From NCBI GenBank assembly GCA_963778655.1, contig CAVZVA010000011.1:448001-512000 (forward strand): a stretch of 64,000 nt of DNA, in the 5' to 3' direction. Under the pieces are notes generated by a model. The model saw only the letters and a list, made by a program, of their open reading frames with translations, had not been told where the DNA came from and searched no databases. Source of the stretch: an uncultured delta proteobacterium (GTDB lineage: Bacteria; Myxococcota_A; Polyangia; Polyangiales; JAFGIB01). Of this stretch, positions 37,190 through 46,718 are shown piece by piece. The translations under genes were made by a program, and so were the position numbers. Numbering within the stretch: position 1 is the first letter of the stretch; the number at the start of each line of letters is the position of its first letter.

Positions 37190-39649
37190 ATGCCCGCTTC
37201 GACGGAAACCTTCGGCGACGGCCGCTCGAGCACGCAACGCGAACGTGCGTCCGGCGATCGCGACGCAAGCCCTGCGCTGGCGCCGTGCCTGCACTGCGGA
37301 CAAGCGTTGCCGGCAGGCGCGGTGACGGGCGCGCACACGGGCTTCTGCTGCTTCGGGTGTCGCACCGTGTACCACGCGCTGCGCGCGGCGGGGCTGACGC
37401 GCTTCTATTCCCTGCGCGGCGCCGGCGCCGAGCCGGTCGGCGAGCTGCAGCTGGAGCGCCGCGATCTCGACTGGCTGCGCGATGCATGGCGGCAGGCGCC
37501 CGGGCAGGACGGCAGCCGCCGGCTCACGCTGCACGCGCAGGGCATTCGCTGTGCCGCCTGCGTGTGGCTGCTGGAGCAGTTGTTCGCGCGCCAGCCGGGA
37601 GGCCAGCAACTCCTGGTCAACCCGACGCTGGGCACGCTCGAGCTGTGTGCGCGCGCCGACTTCGACCTGCAGGCGTTCGGCGCCGAGGTCGAGCGCTTCG
37701 GTTACCTGCTCGGCCCCGATCGGCCGGAGCCCGAGGCCGAGGCGCGCGCGCGCGACACGCTGCTGCTGCGGCTCGGCGTGTGCGCGGCGCTGGCGGGCAA
37801 CTCGATGTTGTTCTCGGCGGCGATCTACCTCGGCCTGCGCCAGGGCCCGCTGTTTCAGCTCATGCACCGGCTGACTTTCGGCGCGGCCACGCTCGCGGTG
37901 CTGACCGGCGGGCCGGTGTTCTTCGGCTCGGCCTGGCAGGCGCTGCGCCGCGGCATCGCGCACCTGGACCTGCCGATCGCGGCCGGTATCGCGCTGAGCT
38001 ACACGGCGGCGAGCTGGGCCTTCTTGTCGGGGCGCCACGAGCTCGCCTATTTCGACTCGCTTTCGGTGTTCATCGCGCTGATGCTCGCCGGCCGCTACCT
38101 GCAGGAGCGCCTGCTGCTCAAGAACCGGCGCGAGCTGCTCGACGGCGACGAGATCGCGGCGCTGCGCTGTACGCGCCTGCAGGACGAGCGGGTGACGCGC
38201 GCCCGCTGCGGCGAGATCGCCGAGGGCGACCTGTTGCTGTTGGCGCCCGGCGAGCTGTTGGCGGTGGACGCAGAGCTGCTCGACGACGGCGCGAGCTGCT
38301 CGCTCGAGTGGATCAACGGCGAGCCCGAGCCGCGGCGCTTCGCGCGCGGCCAGGGGTTGCCGGCCGGCGCGTTCAACCTCGGCACGCGGGCGATCCGGGT
38401 GCGCGCGCGCAGCGACTTCGCGCGCTCGCCCCTGCTGCCGTTGCTGCGCGCCCCGCAGCGCGGTGCCGGCGACCCGCACGGCCTCGGCCGCTTCAGCCGC
38501 GCCTACGTGGTGGCAGTGGTGGGGCTGGCGGGCGGCGGGCTGCTCTATTGGGGCGCGCTGGCGGGTCGCTTCATCGAGGGGCTGTCGGTCGCCACCGCGG
38601 TGTGCGTGGTGACCTGCCCGTGCGCGATCGGCATCGCGATTCCGCTCGCGCACGATCTGGCGCACGCACGCCTGCGCCGCGCCGGGCTGTTCGTGCGCGA
38701 GGCGAGCTTCTTGCGGCGCGCGCTCGCAATCCGCCGCGTGGTCTTCGACAAGACCGGCACGCTCACCGAGGGACAGCTGTGCGTGCTGCAGCCCGCGGCG
38801 CTGCTCGCGCTGCCGCGCGCGCAGCTGCAGGATCTGTACGACTTGGTCGCGCGCAGCCTGCACCCGCGCAGCATCGCGGTGCGGCGGCTGCTGGACCAGC
38901 TCGAGCTGCGCTACCGGCCCGAGATCGAGGTGCACGAGCAGCTAGGCCGCGGGCTGCAGGCGCGGATCGAGGGACGCTGCCACCGGCTCGGTCAGGCGCG
39001 CTGGGCCTGCGAGCCCGCCGGCGCGGCCGCGAACGCGCAGCCTGCGGACGCGCTGGTGTACGCGGTCGACGGCCGCCCCGTGATCGCGCTCGCGATGCAG
39101 GAACGGGCGCGGACCGACGCCGGGGCAGAGCTGCGCGCGCTGCAGGCGGCCGGCTTCGAGACCTTCGTGCTCAGCGGCGATGCCGAGGAGCGGGTCGCGC
39201 GCATGGCCGCGGCGCTCGGCCTGCCGAAGGAGCGCGCGCTGGGCGGACAGTCGCCAGCCGACAAGGCCGCTTGGCTGCGGCAGCACGACCCCGAGCACAG
39301 CCTGATGATCGGCGACGGGATCAACGACGCGGCGGCCATGCAGGCGGCGTGCTGCTCCGGAACGCCGGCGATCGACCGCGGCCTGATCGCGGGCCGCACC
39401 GACTTCTACTTCACCAGCGCGGGCCTGTCCCCGATCCGCGAGGCGCTACGCACCGCGCGCACCCTGCAGCAGGTGCAGCGCGCCAACCTGGGCTTCGCGC
39501 TGCTGTACAACGCCGGCGCCGTGGCGCTGGCGCTGGGCGGGCTGATGCAGCCTTGGCTCGCGGCGATCGCGATGCCGGCCAGCTCGCTTGCGATCCTCGC
39601 CTACACCTCGCTGGCGCTGTCGCCCGGAGGCTCGCCGTGGAAGCGCTGA
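37190..39649 (+). CDS. ccoI: Heavy-metal P1B-type ATPase for cbb3 assembly
   Basis: CLHC..FCCFGC, CAACVWL, YFDS, CPC, FDKTGTLT, MIGDGINDA. Confidence 0.88.
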   Translation: MPASTETFGDGRSSTQRERASGDRDASPALAPCLHCGQALPAGAVTGAHTGFCCFGCRTVYHALRAAGLTRFYSLRGAGAEPVGELQLERRDLDWLRDAWRQAPGQDGSRRLTLHAQGIRCAACVWLLEQLFARQPGGQQLLVNPTLGTLELCARADFDLQAFGAEVERFGYLLGPDRPEPEAEARARDTLLLRLGVCAALAGNSMLFSAAIYLGLRQGPLFQLMHRLTFGAATLAVLTGGPVFFGSAWQALRRGIAHLDLPIAAGIALSYTAASWAFLSGRHELAYFDSLSVFIALMLAGRYLQERLLLKNRRELLDGDEIAALRCTRLQDERVTRARCGEIAEGDLLLLAPGELLAVDAELLDDGASCSLEWINGEPEPRRFARGQGLPAGAFNLGTRAIRVRARSDFARSPLLPLLRAPQRGAGDPHGLGRFSRAYVVAVVGLAGGGLLYWGALAGRFIEGLSVATAVCVVTCPCAIGIAIPLAHDLAHARLRRAGLFVREASFLRRALAIRRVVFDKTGTLTEGQLCVLQPAALLALPRAQLQDLYDLVARSLHPRSIAVRRLLDQLELRYRPEIEVHEQLGRGLQARIEGRCHRLGQARWACEPAGAAANAQPADALVYAVDGRPVIALAMQERARTDAGAELRALQAAGFETFVLSGDAEERVARMAAALGLPKERALGGQSPADKAAWLRQHDPEHSLMIGDGINDAAAMQAACCSGTPAIDRGLIAGRTDFYFTSAGLSPIREALRTARTLQQVQRANLGFALLYNAGAVALALGGLMQPWLAAIAMPASSLAILAYTSLALSPGGSPWKR

Positions 39650-39879
39650 TCCTCACCATCTTCGTCAGCCTCTCGCTGGTCGGCGCCGCGCTGCTGCTGC
39701 TGGCCTGGACGCTGCACCAGCGCAGCCACGAGCACGGCGAGCGGCTCGCGCTGCTGCCGCTGTCCGAGGAGCAGTCGCAGCCGGCACGGGCACAGCCACA
39801 GGAGCCGCTGCCGGAGCCGCCCCAGGAGCAACGCGAAGTCGCCGCCGAGGAAAGGACCGACCGGACACCATGCAAATGA
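39637..39879 (+). CDS. ccoS: cbb3 oxidase maturation protein
   Basis: VEALILTIFVSLSL single-TM small protein between ccoI and ccoN. Confidence 0.7.
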   Translation: MEALILTIFVSLSLVGAALLLLAWTLHQRSHEHGERLALLPLSEEQSQPARAQPQEPLPEPPQEQREVAAEERTDRTPCK

Positions 39880-42194
39880 CTCGTATCACTTACGACGACG
39901 ACATCTCGCGCAAGTTCGCCGCCGCCACCATCGTGTGGGGCATCGTGGGCATGCTGGTCGGCGTCGTGATCGCGCTGCAGCTCGCCTTCTGGCAGGCGAA
40001 CCTGCCGCCCTACTTCAGCTTCGGGCGCCTGCGCCCGCTGCACACCAACGCCGTGATCTTCGCCTTCGTCGGCAACATGATGTTCGCCGGCGTCTACTAT
40101 TCGACCCAGCGCCTGCTCAAGGCGCGGCTGGCCTCGGACCTGCTCTCGCGCATCCACTTCTGGGGCTGGCAGGCGATCATCGTCGCGGCCGCGATCACGC
40201 TGCCGCTGGGCTTCACCCAGGGCAAGGAGTACGCCGAGCTGGACTGGCCGATCGACATCGCGATCGCGGTGATCTGGCTGGTGTTCGCGATCAACTTCTT
40301 CTGGACCGTGGCGCGGCGCAACGAGAAGCACCTGTACGTGGCGCTGTGGTTCTACATCTCGACGCTGATCGCGATCACCGTGCTGCACATCGTCAACAGC
40401 CTGGCGATCCCGGTCGGACCGCTCAAGAGCTACTCGATCTTCGGTGGCGTGCAGGACGCGTTGGTGCAGTGGTGGTACGGGCACAACGCGGTCGCCTTCT
40501 TCCTGACCACGCCGATCCTGGGCATCATGTACTACTTCCTGCCCAAGGCGGCCGAGCGCCCGATCTTCTCGTACCGGCTGAGCATCGTCCACTTCTGGTC
40601 GCTGGTGTTCCTCTACATCTGGGCGGGCCCGCACCACCTGCTCAACACCGCGCTGCCGGACTGGGCGCAGTCGCTCGGCATGGTGTTCAGCCTGATGCTG
40701 ATGGCGCCCAGCTGGGGCGGCATGCTCAACGGCCTGCTGACGCTGCGGGGAGCCTGGGACAAGCTGCGCGCCGACCCGGTGCTGAAGTTCTTCGCCGCGG
40801 CGCTGACCTTCTACGGCATGGCCACCTTCGAGGGCCCGATGCTCAGCATCAAGGCCGTCAGCAGCCTCTCCCACTACACCGACTGGATCATCGCGCACGT
40901 GCACGGCGGCGCGCTGGGCTGGAACGGGTTCATGGCCGCGGGCATGCTGTACTGGATGGTGCCGCGGCTGTATGGCACCAAGCTCTACTCGCGCGCGGCC
41001 GCCGAGCTCCACTTCTACATGGGCACGGTCGGCATCCTGCTGTACGTGGTCTCGATGTGGACCTCGGGCATCACCCAGGGTCTGATGTGGCGCGCCGAGA
41101 ACGAGACCGGGGGGCTGCTCTATCCGAACTTCGTGGAGACGCTGCTGGCGATCCGCGCGATGTACTGGACGCGTCTGGTTGGCGGCAGCCTCTACCTGTG
41201 CGGCTTCCTGCTGCTGGCGTGGAACCTGTGGATGACCGCGCGCCAGGGCGTGGCGACCGACGGCAGCGTGGAGGTCGCGCTGGCGGAGAAGCCCGTGCAG
41301 GAGCCGGGCGCGCTGGCGATCCTCACCGGACGCCCGGTGCTGCTCGCGCTGGGCGTGGGCGGGCTGCTCGGCGCGAGCGCGTTCTTCGGCGCGGCCGGCA
41401 CCACGCTGCTGGTCATCGCGGCGCTGTTCGTGGCGATCACCGCGGGCGTGCTGATGTTCGGCGGCGAGGGCGAGGGCGCGGCGCAGAGCGCGCGCTGGCA
41501 CCGCTTGGTCGAGGGACGCGCGCTGCCCTTCACCGCGCTGACGATCGCCGCGGTGCTGGCCGGCGGCGTCGCCGAGATCGTGCCCACTGTGATCACCGGC
41601 ACCGAGAAGCTCGCGACCACGCGCAACGTGCCCTACAAGCCGCTCGAGCTGGAAGGTCGCGACGTGTTCCTCAAGGAGGGCTGCTACAACTGCCACTCCC
41701 AGATGATCCGTCCCTTCACCTGGGAGACGGCGCGCTACGGCGCGGTCTCGACCGAGGACGACTCGATCTACGATCACCCCTTCCAGTGGGGCTCCAAGCG
41801 CACCGGGCCGGACCTGGCACGCGTGGGCGGGCGCTACTCCAACCTCTGGCACTACAAGCACCTGCTCGACCCGCGCTCGATCTCGCCAGGCTCCAACATG
41901 CCGCCGTTCGCGCACCTGGCGCGCACGCGCATCGACTTCGGCGGCACCGCCGACAAGCTGCGCGCGATGCGCACGGTGGGCGTGCCCTACCGCCCGGAGC
42001 AGATCGCCTCGGCGGCCAAGGAAGCCCAGGCGATGGGCGAGCAGATCAGCGCCGACCTGCGCGCCGAGGGCGGCGTGCGCGTCGCCCCCAACAGCGAGAT
42101 GGTGGCATTGATCGCCTACCTGCAGCGCCTCGGCCGCGTGCCCAGCACGCCGGCCGCGCCGCAAGTCAGCCAGCCCAAAAGGAAGACGCCATGA
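39870..42194 (+). CDS. ccoN: Fused cbb3 cytochrome c oxidase subunits I/II
   Basis: GRLRPLHTNAVIFAF, WWYGHNAV, WAGPHHL, HYTDW..AHVH, followed by CcoO motifs EGCYNCHSQMIRP and WGSKRTGPDL. Confidence 0.96.
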   Translation: MQMTRITYDDDISRKFAAATIVWGIVGMLVGVVIALQLAFWQANLPPYFSFGRLRPLHTNAVIFAFVGNMMFAGVYYSTQRLLKARLASDLLSRIHFWGWQAIIVAAAITLPLGFTQGKEYAELDWPIDIAIAVIWLVFAINFFWTVARRNEKHLYVALWFYISTLIAITVLHIVNSLAIPVGPLKSYSIFGGVQDALVQWWYGHNAVAFFLTTPILGIMYYFLPKAAERPIFSYRLSIVHFWSLVFLYIWAGPHHLLNTALPDWAQSLGMVFSLMLMAPSWGGMLNGLLTLRGAWDKLRADPVLKFFAAALTFYGMATFEGPMLSIKAVSSLSHYTDWIIAHVHGGALGWNGFMAAGMLYWMVPRLYGTKLYSRAAAELHFYMGTVGILLYVVSMWTSGITQGLMWRAENETGGLLYPNFVETLLAIRAMYWTRLVGGSLYLCGFLLLAWNLWMTARQGVATDGSVEVALAEKPVQEPGALAILTGRPVLLALGVGGLLGASAFFGAAGTTLLVIAALFVAITAGVLMFGGEGEGAAQSARWHRLVEGRALPFTALTIAAVLAGGVAEIVPTVITGTEKLATTRNVPYKPLELEGRDVFLKEGCYNCHSQMIRPFTWETARYGAVSTEDDSIYDHPFQWGSKRTGPDLARVGGRYSNLWHYKHLLDPRSISPGSNMPPFAHLARTRIDFGGTADKLRAMRTVGVPYRPEQIASAAKEAQAMGEQISADLRAEGGVRVAPNSEMVALIAYLQRLGRVPSTPAAPQVSQPKRKTP

Positions 42195-42385
42195 TCAGCG
42201 ACATCGCAAGCGGTTTCTTCGCCCGCAGCCCCGTGCTGGTGCTGCCCCTGATCGCGCTCGGTCTGTTCATGCTGGTGTTCACACTAACCACGCTGCGCGC
42301 GCTGCTCGGCAAGGACGCCGGCATCGAGCAGATTTCGCGGCTGCCGCTCGACGACGACGAGGAGGACGGTCATGGCCGAAGCTGA
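42191..42385 (+). CDS. ccoQ: CcoQ-like small subunit
   Basis: 64 aa, one TM helix, ending RLPLDDD; ATGA-coupled between ccoNO and ccoP. Confidence 0.7.
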   Translation: MISDIASGFFARSPVLVLPLIALGLFMLVFTLTTLRALLGKDAGIEQISRLPLDDDEEDGHGRS

Positions 42386-43007
42386 TTCCGCGCTGAGCAC
42401 GCCTGCCCCGCCGCATGCGGCCGAGATCAAGCGGCACGACGAGATCCAGGGCGATATCCTGCACGTCTACGACGGCATCGAGGAGGCCGACAACCAGTTG
42501 CCGCTGTGGTGGGTGGCGGTGTTCCTCGGCAGCATTGCGTTCGCGATCACCTACTGGCTCGGGGTGCAGGTCTATCACGCGCGTCCCTCGCCGATGGAGA
42601 GCTACGAGCAGAACATCGCGGCGATTCGCGCGGCGCAGGCCGAGGCCGCGCGCAACCAACCTCAGGTGACGCCCGAGCTGCTGGCCACGCTGGCCAAGAA
42701 CCCAGAAGCGGTGGCCGCGGGCGCGGCGGTGTTCAAGCAGAACTGCATCGCCTGCCACGCCGACCACGGGCAGGGCAACATCGGCCCCAACCTCACCGAC
42801 AACTTCTGGCTGCACGGCGGCCGTGGCGTCGACATCCACCACACCATCACCGAGGGCGTGCCCGCCAAGGGCATGCCGACCTGGGGACCGGTGCTGGGCG
42901 AGGGCACGGTGCGCAACCTGACCGCGTTCGTGCTCTCGCTGCGCGGCCGGAACCTGCCGGGCAAGCCGCCGCAGGGCGAGCCGTACAAGCCGGGAGACGA
43001 CAAGTGA
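42372..43007 (+). CDS. ccoP: cbb3 oxidase subunit III (mono-heme)
   Basis: HVYDGIEEADNQLPLWW, single CIACH, GPNLTD.WLHGG, GMP.W. Confidence 0.9.
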   Translation: MAEADSALSTPAPPHAAEIKRHDEIQGDILHVYDGIEEADNQLPLWWVAVFLGSIAFAITYWLGVQVYHARPSPMESYEQNIAAIRAAQAEAARNQPQVTPELLATLAKNPEAVAAGAAVFKQNCIACHADHGQGNIGPNLTDNFWLHGGRGVDIHHTITEGVPAKGMPTWGPVLGEGTVRNLTAFVLSLRGRNLPGKPPQGEPYKPGDDK

Positions 43008-44380
43008 GCGGGCAGCCGCTACCGATCCTGTACGAGCACGAGAGCTCGCTGCGCGCGGACGGCTCGCGCAACTACGTGCACCCGGCCGACGTGCACGGGC
43101 GCTTCGACCGCGCGCGCAAGCTGCTGTTTGGATTGCTGATCGCGCTGTGGGCCGCGCTGCCGTGGCTGCAGGTCGGCGGACACCCGGCGCTGTTTCTCGA
43201 CGTGCAGGACCGCCGCTTCTACCTGTTCGGGCACGCCTTCAACGCGCAGGACGTGTGGCTGATGTTCTTCCTGCTGAGCGGGGTCGGCTTCGCGCTGATC
43301 GTGATGACCGCGCTGTGGGGGCGGCTGTGGTGCGGCTACGCCTGCCCGCAGACGGTGTTTCTGGAAGGGGTGTTTCGCCCGATCGAGCGCCTGATCGAAG
43401 GGCCGCGCGCGGCGCGCCTCAAGCGCAACGCCGGTCCGCTCACGCTCGACAAGCTGTGGCGCAAGGCGCTCAAGCAGCTGATCTACCTGCTGCTGGCGTT
43501 CGCGGTGGCCCACATCGTGCTCGCGTACTTCGTGTCGCTGCCCGGCGTCTACCGCATGGTGCTGCACAGCCCGGCCGCGCACCCGACCGCGTTCGCCTGG
43601 GCGCTCGGGCTGACCTCGGTGCTGTACTTCGACTTCGCGTGGTTCCGCGAGCAGATGTGCCTGATCGTCTGCCCCTACGGGCGCCTGCAGTCGGTGCTGA
43701 CCGATCGCGACACGCTGGTGATCGGCTACGACAGCACGCGCGGCGAGCCGCGCGGCAAGGTCGGCACCGAGGGGGCGGGCGCGTGCGTAGACTGCAAGCG
43801 CTGCGTGGTAGTGTGCCCGACCGGGATCGACATCCGCAACGGCCTGCAGATCGACTGCGTGGGCTGCGCGCGCTGCGTCGACGCCTGCGACGACATCATG
43901 GACCGCCTGGGCCGGCCGCGCGGCCTGGTGCGCTACGACTCGCTGCGCGGGCTCTCCGGCCAGCCGCGCCGGCTGCTGCGCCCGCGCCTGTACTTGTACG
44001 CGGCGCTGGGCCTGGCCGGCTTGATCGCGACCGGAGTGGCGCTTGCGAGCACCCACGAGTACGAGGCGAACCTGCTGCGCCTGCAGGGCGCGCCGCCGTT
44101 CGTGGTCGACGATGGGACGGTGCGCAACGCGTTCGAGGTGCACCTGGTCAACAAGGAGTCGCAGGTCGGCCACTTCGAGCTGCAGCCGATTCCGCGGGGC
44201 AAGCTGCAGTACACCATCGCCATGCCCGAGCTGAGCCTGGGCTCACTGCAGAGCCGGCGCGTGCCGGTGTTCGTCAGCTTCCCGCGCGGCGACCGCAGCG
44301 CGAGCAAAGCCGCGATTCGCATCAGCGTCGACGGCAAGGACCCGCGCGTCCTGGAAGCGCCGCTGATCGGACCCGAGTGA
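43004..44380 (+). CDS. ccoG: cbb3 accessory 4Fe-4S protein
   Basis: WCGYACPQTVF, REQMCLIVCPYGRLQ, CVDCKRCVVVCPTGIDIR, CVGCARCVDAC. Confidence 0.94.
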   Translation: MSGQPLPILYEHESSLRADGSRNYVHPADVHGRFDRARKLLFGLLIALWAALPWLQVGGHPALFLDVQDRRFYLFGHAFNAQDVWLMFFLLSGVGFALIVMTALWGRLWCGYACPQTVFLEGVFRPIERLIEGPRAARLKRNAGPLTLDKLWRKALKQLIYLLLAFAVAHIVLAYFVSLPGVYRMVLHSPAAHPTAFAWALGLTSVLYFDFAWFREQMCLIVCPYGRLQSVLTDRDTLVIGYDSTRGEPRGKVGTEGAGACVDCKRCVVVCPTGIDIRNGLQIDCVGCARCVDACDDIMDRLGRPRGLVRYDSLRGLSGQPRRLLRPRLYLYAALGLAGLIATGVALASTHEYEANLLRLQGAPPFVVDDGTVRNAFEVHLVNKESQVGHFELQPIPRGKLQYTIAMPELSLGSLQSRRVPVFVSFPRGDRSASKAAIRISVDGKDPRVLEAPLIGPE

Positions 44381-44426
44381 CGGCCAAGAGATGCGGGTGT
44401 ACGCCGGCCCCGCAAGGAGCGAGCCC

Positions 44427-44681
44427 ATGCCCTACGCGAGCGGACGCATCTTTCACGACGCCGACTCCCACGTGATGGAGACGCCGGAGTTCTTCCATCC
44501 CTTCGCCGACCCGGACGTGCGCGCCAAGCTGAAACCCGTCTACGTAAGCACGGTCGCGCCGGGCGAGGAGAGCCTGATCGACAGGCTCGCGAGCGCGCAC
44601 CGCGACCCCGAGTACCGCGCGCAGGACGCCGCCGAGATCATGCTGCGCAAGAACTGGAAGGCGACCGGCTCCTCGACTTGA
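44427..44681 (+). pseudogene. Truncated amidohydrolase-family gene
   Basis: HDADSHVMET metal motif, but the frame stops after about 84 codons. Confidence 0.65.
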
Positions 44682-44985
44682 TGGGCGGCACGTGAGCTGA
44701 CTCGGGCTCAGGCGCCGCTCGGCGACGGCGCGCGCCGGAGCTGGGTGACAAACCGCGGGCTCCCGCCCCAGCGCGCTGCGGCACGCGGAGCGAGCCGTGA
44801 TCGCAGCAGTCAGAGCGGCCGGCGCGGCGTGCTGCAGCTCCGCACAGACGGTGCGCTGAACGGCTTGCGGGCTCAGGCCCGGCCAGGCTCGAGAGCCTTT
44901 GACATCGGTCAAATCTCACGCACATAGTGGTTGCAAGCGTGGTAGCAAGGCGCGACATGAATGCAGCGGAAATGAGAGTCCTGCG

Positions 44986-46431
44986 ATGAACCTGCTGCGC
45001 GCCCGTGATGCGCTCGCATCGGGGACGCCGTGGTCGGATGTGGGTGAGGGCACACCACCCAAGGGCGATTCCGTGCTGGCGGACGCGGACCTGGAGGAGG
45101 TGGCGGCCCGGCTCACGCTCGAGCAGGTGCCGAGCCTGCGTGTGGTCGAGGAGGACGGCCGCCAGATCGGAACCATCACGCCCAAGAGCCTGGCGACGGC
45201 GCTGCTGGCGCAGGATCGGGAGCTGCGCGGCAAGCTGGCGATTGCCGACCGCATGGTGGCGGTCGGCACCTTGGCGGCGGGCCTGGCCCACGAGATCAAC
45301 AACCCGCTCACCTACGTCTCGGCCAACCTCGAGCTGCTGCAGAAGGCACTGGGCACGATGCCAGGCGAGTCGGAGGCGGTGCGCGACGCCAAGGCCCTGG
45401 TCGGAGACATCCGTGAAGGCGTGCGCCGCGTGCGCGACACCGTGCGCGATCTGCGGCTGTTCAGCAAAGCCGACGACGGCAGCAGCGCGCCGATCGACGT
45501 GGAACGGGTGCTGGAGTTCGCGCTGAACCTGGCCGACAACGAGATCAAGCACCGCGCGGTGCTGGCACGCGACCTCGCGCCGCTGCCGCCGGTGCAAGCC
45601 AACGAGGGCCAGCTCGGCCAGGTCTTCCTCAATCTGCTGCTCAACGCCGCGCAGTCCATCCCCGAGGGCGCCGCGCACCAGCACGAGATCCGCGTGGTCA
45701 CCCGCACCGACTACGCCGGCCACGCCGTGATCGAGATCCGCGACACCGGCTGCGGCATCCCGGAGCAGGATCATGCCCGCATCTTCGAGCCGTTCTTCAC
45801 CACCAAGGCCCGCCACGGCTCCGGGCTCGGGCTGTCGATCTGCGATGGCATCGTGGCCAGCCTGGAAGGGCGCATCGAGGTCGAGAGCCGTGAGGGCAAG
45901 GGCAGCGTGTTCCGCGTGGTGCTGCCGGCGGCCTCGGGCGTGCCGCGGCCGCGCTCGATCGCGCCAGAGTCGCGGGCGGTGGCGCCGCGCGGCCGCTTTC
46001 TGGTGATCGACGACGAGCAGTCGATCGTGAGGATGCTGCGGCGTGTGCTGGGCGCGGACCAGACGCTGGCCTGCACCTCGGGCGCCGAGGCACTCGCGTT
46101 GCTGCGGCGCGGCGCGCGCTTCGACGCCATCCTGTGCGACCTGTTGATGCCCGAGACCACCGGCATGGACCTGTACGACGAGCTGATGCGCAGCGCGCCG
46201 GACCAGGCGCGCAGGATGGTCTTCATGAGCGGCGGCACCTTCACCGATCGTGCGCGCGCCTTCCTGGAGAAGGCGCCCAACCCGCGGCTGGCCAAGCCCT
46301 TCGACACCGGTCAGGTGCTCGCCTGCATGGAACGGCTGCTGGCCAGCGGCCGGGCCGAGCCATCGCAACGGCCCCAGCCGCGCGGCGGCAGCGGGGCGCC
46401 CGGTGGCTCCAAGCCGCCGGCCTCCGCCTAA
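44986..46431 (+). CDS. Hybrid sensor histidine kinase (CBS-HisKA-HATPase-REC)
   Basis: LAHEINNPL, QVFLNLLLNA, DTGCGI, FFTTK, GLGL, and receiver VIDDE..CDLLMP..KPF. CBS-like N-terminus. Confidence 0.9.
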   Translation: MNLLRARDALASGTPWSDVGEGTPPKGDSVLADADLEEVAARLTLEQVPSLRVVEEDGRQIGTITPKSLATALLAQDRELRGKLAIADRMVAVGTLAAGLAHEINNPLTYVSANLELLQKALGTMPGESEAVRDAKALVGDIREGVRRVRDTVRDLRLFSKADDGSSAPIDVERVLEFALNLADNEIKHRAVLARDLAPLPPVQANEGQLGQVFLNLLLNAAQSIPEGAAHQHEIRVVTRTDYAGHAVIEIRDTGCGIPEQDHARIFEPFFTTKARHGSGLGLSICDGIVASLEGRIEVESREGKGSVFRVVLPAASGVPRPRSIAPESRAVAPRGRFLVIDDEQSIVRMLRRVLGADQTLACTSGAEALALLRRGARFDAILCDLLMPETTGMDLYDELMRSAPDQARRMVFMSGGTFTDRARAFLEKAPNPRLAKPFDTGQVLACMERLLASGRAEPSQRPQPRGGSGAPGGSKPPASA

Positions 46432-46639
46432 GCCACGGCGCCGAGCCCGCAGCCCGTTTCCACGGCGCAGGCCGCCTGCGCGCGTGCCGACCCGAGGCCA
46501 GCTGCGCGACGAGCTGCGCGCGGTGGCGGACAGCGGCAGCGCCACGGCGACGCCGTGGGACACGGCGCTGCAGACCCTGGGCTTGCTGCTGCCCGGGATG
46601 GACCCGGTGGACGTGCAGATCGAGCAGGCGGTGCGATCT

Positions 46640-46683
46640 GACCGATCGGCATGGCCGTTCCCGAATCGTGATCGGTCATTTAG
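46640..46683. repeat. Left hairpin repeat
   Basis: GACCGATCGGCATGGCCGTTCCCGAATCGTGATCGGTCATTTAG; inverted copy at 48276-48324. Confidence 0.85.
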
Positions 46684-46718
46684 GGATCATCGGTTCGGAG
46701 AGCTTACGAGCTGATGTG

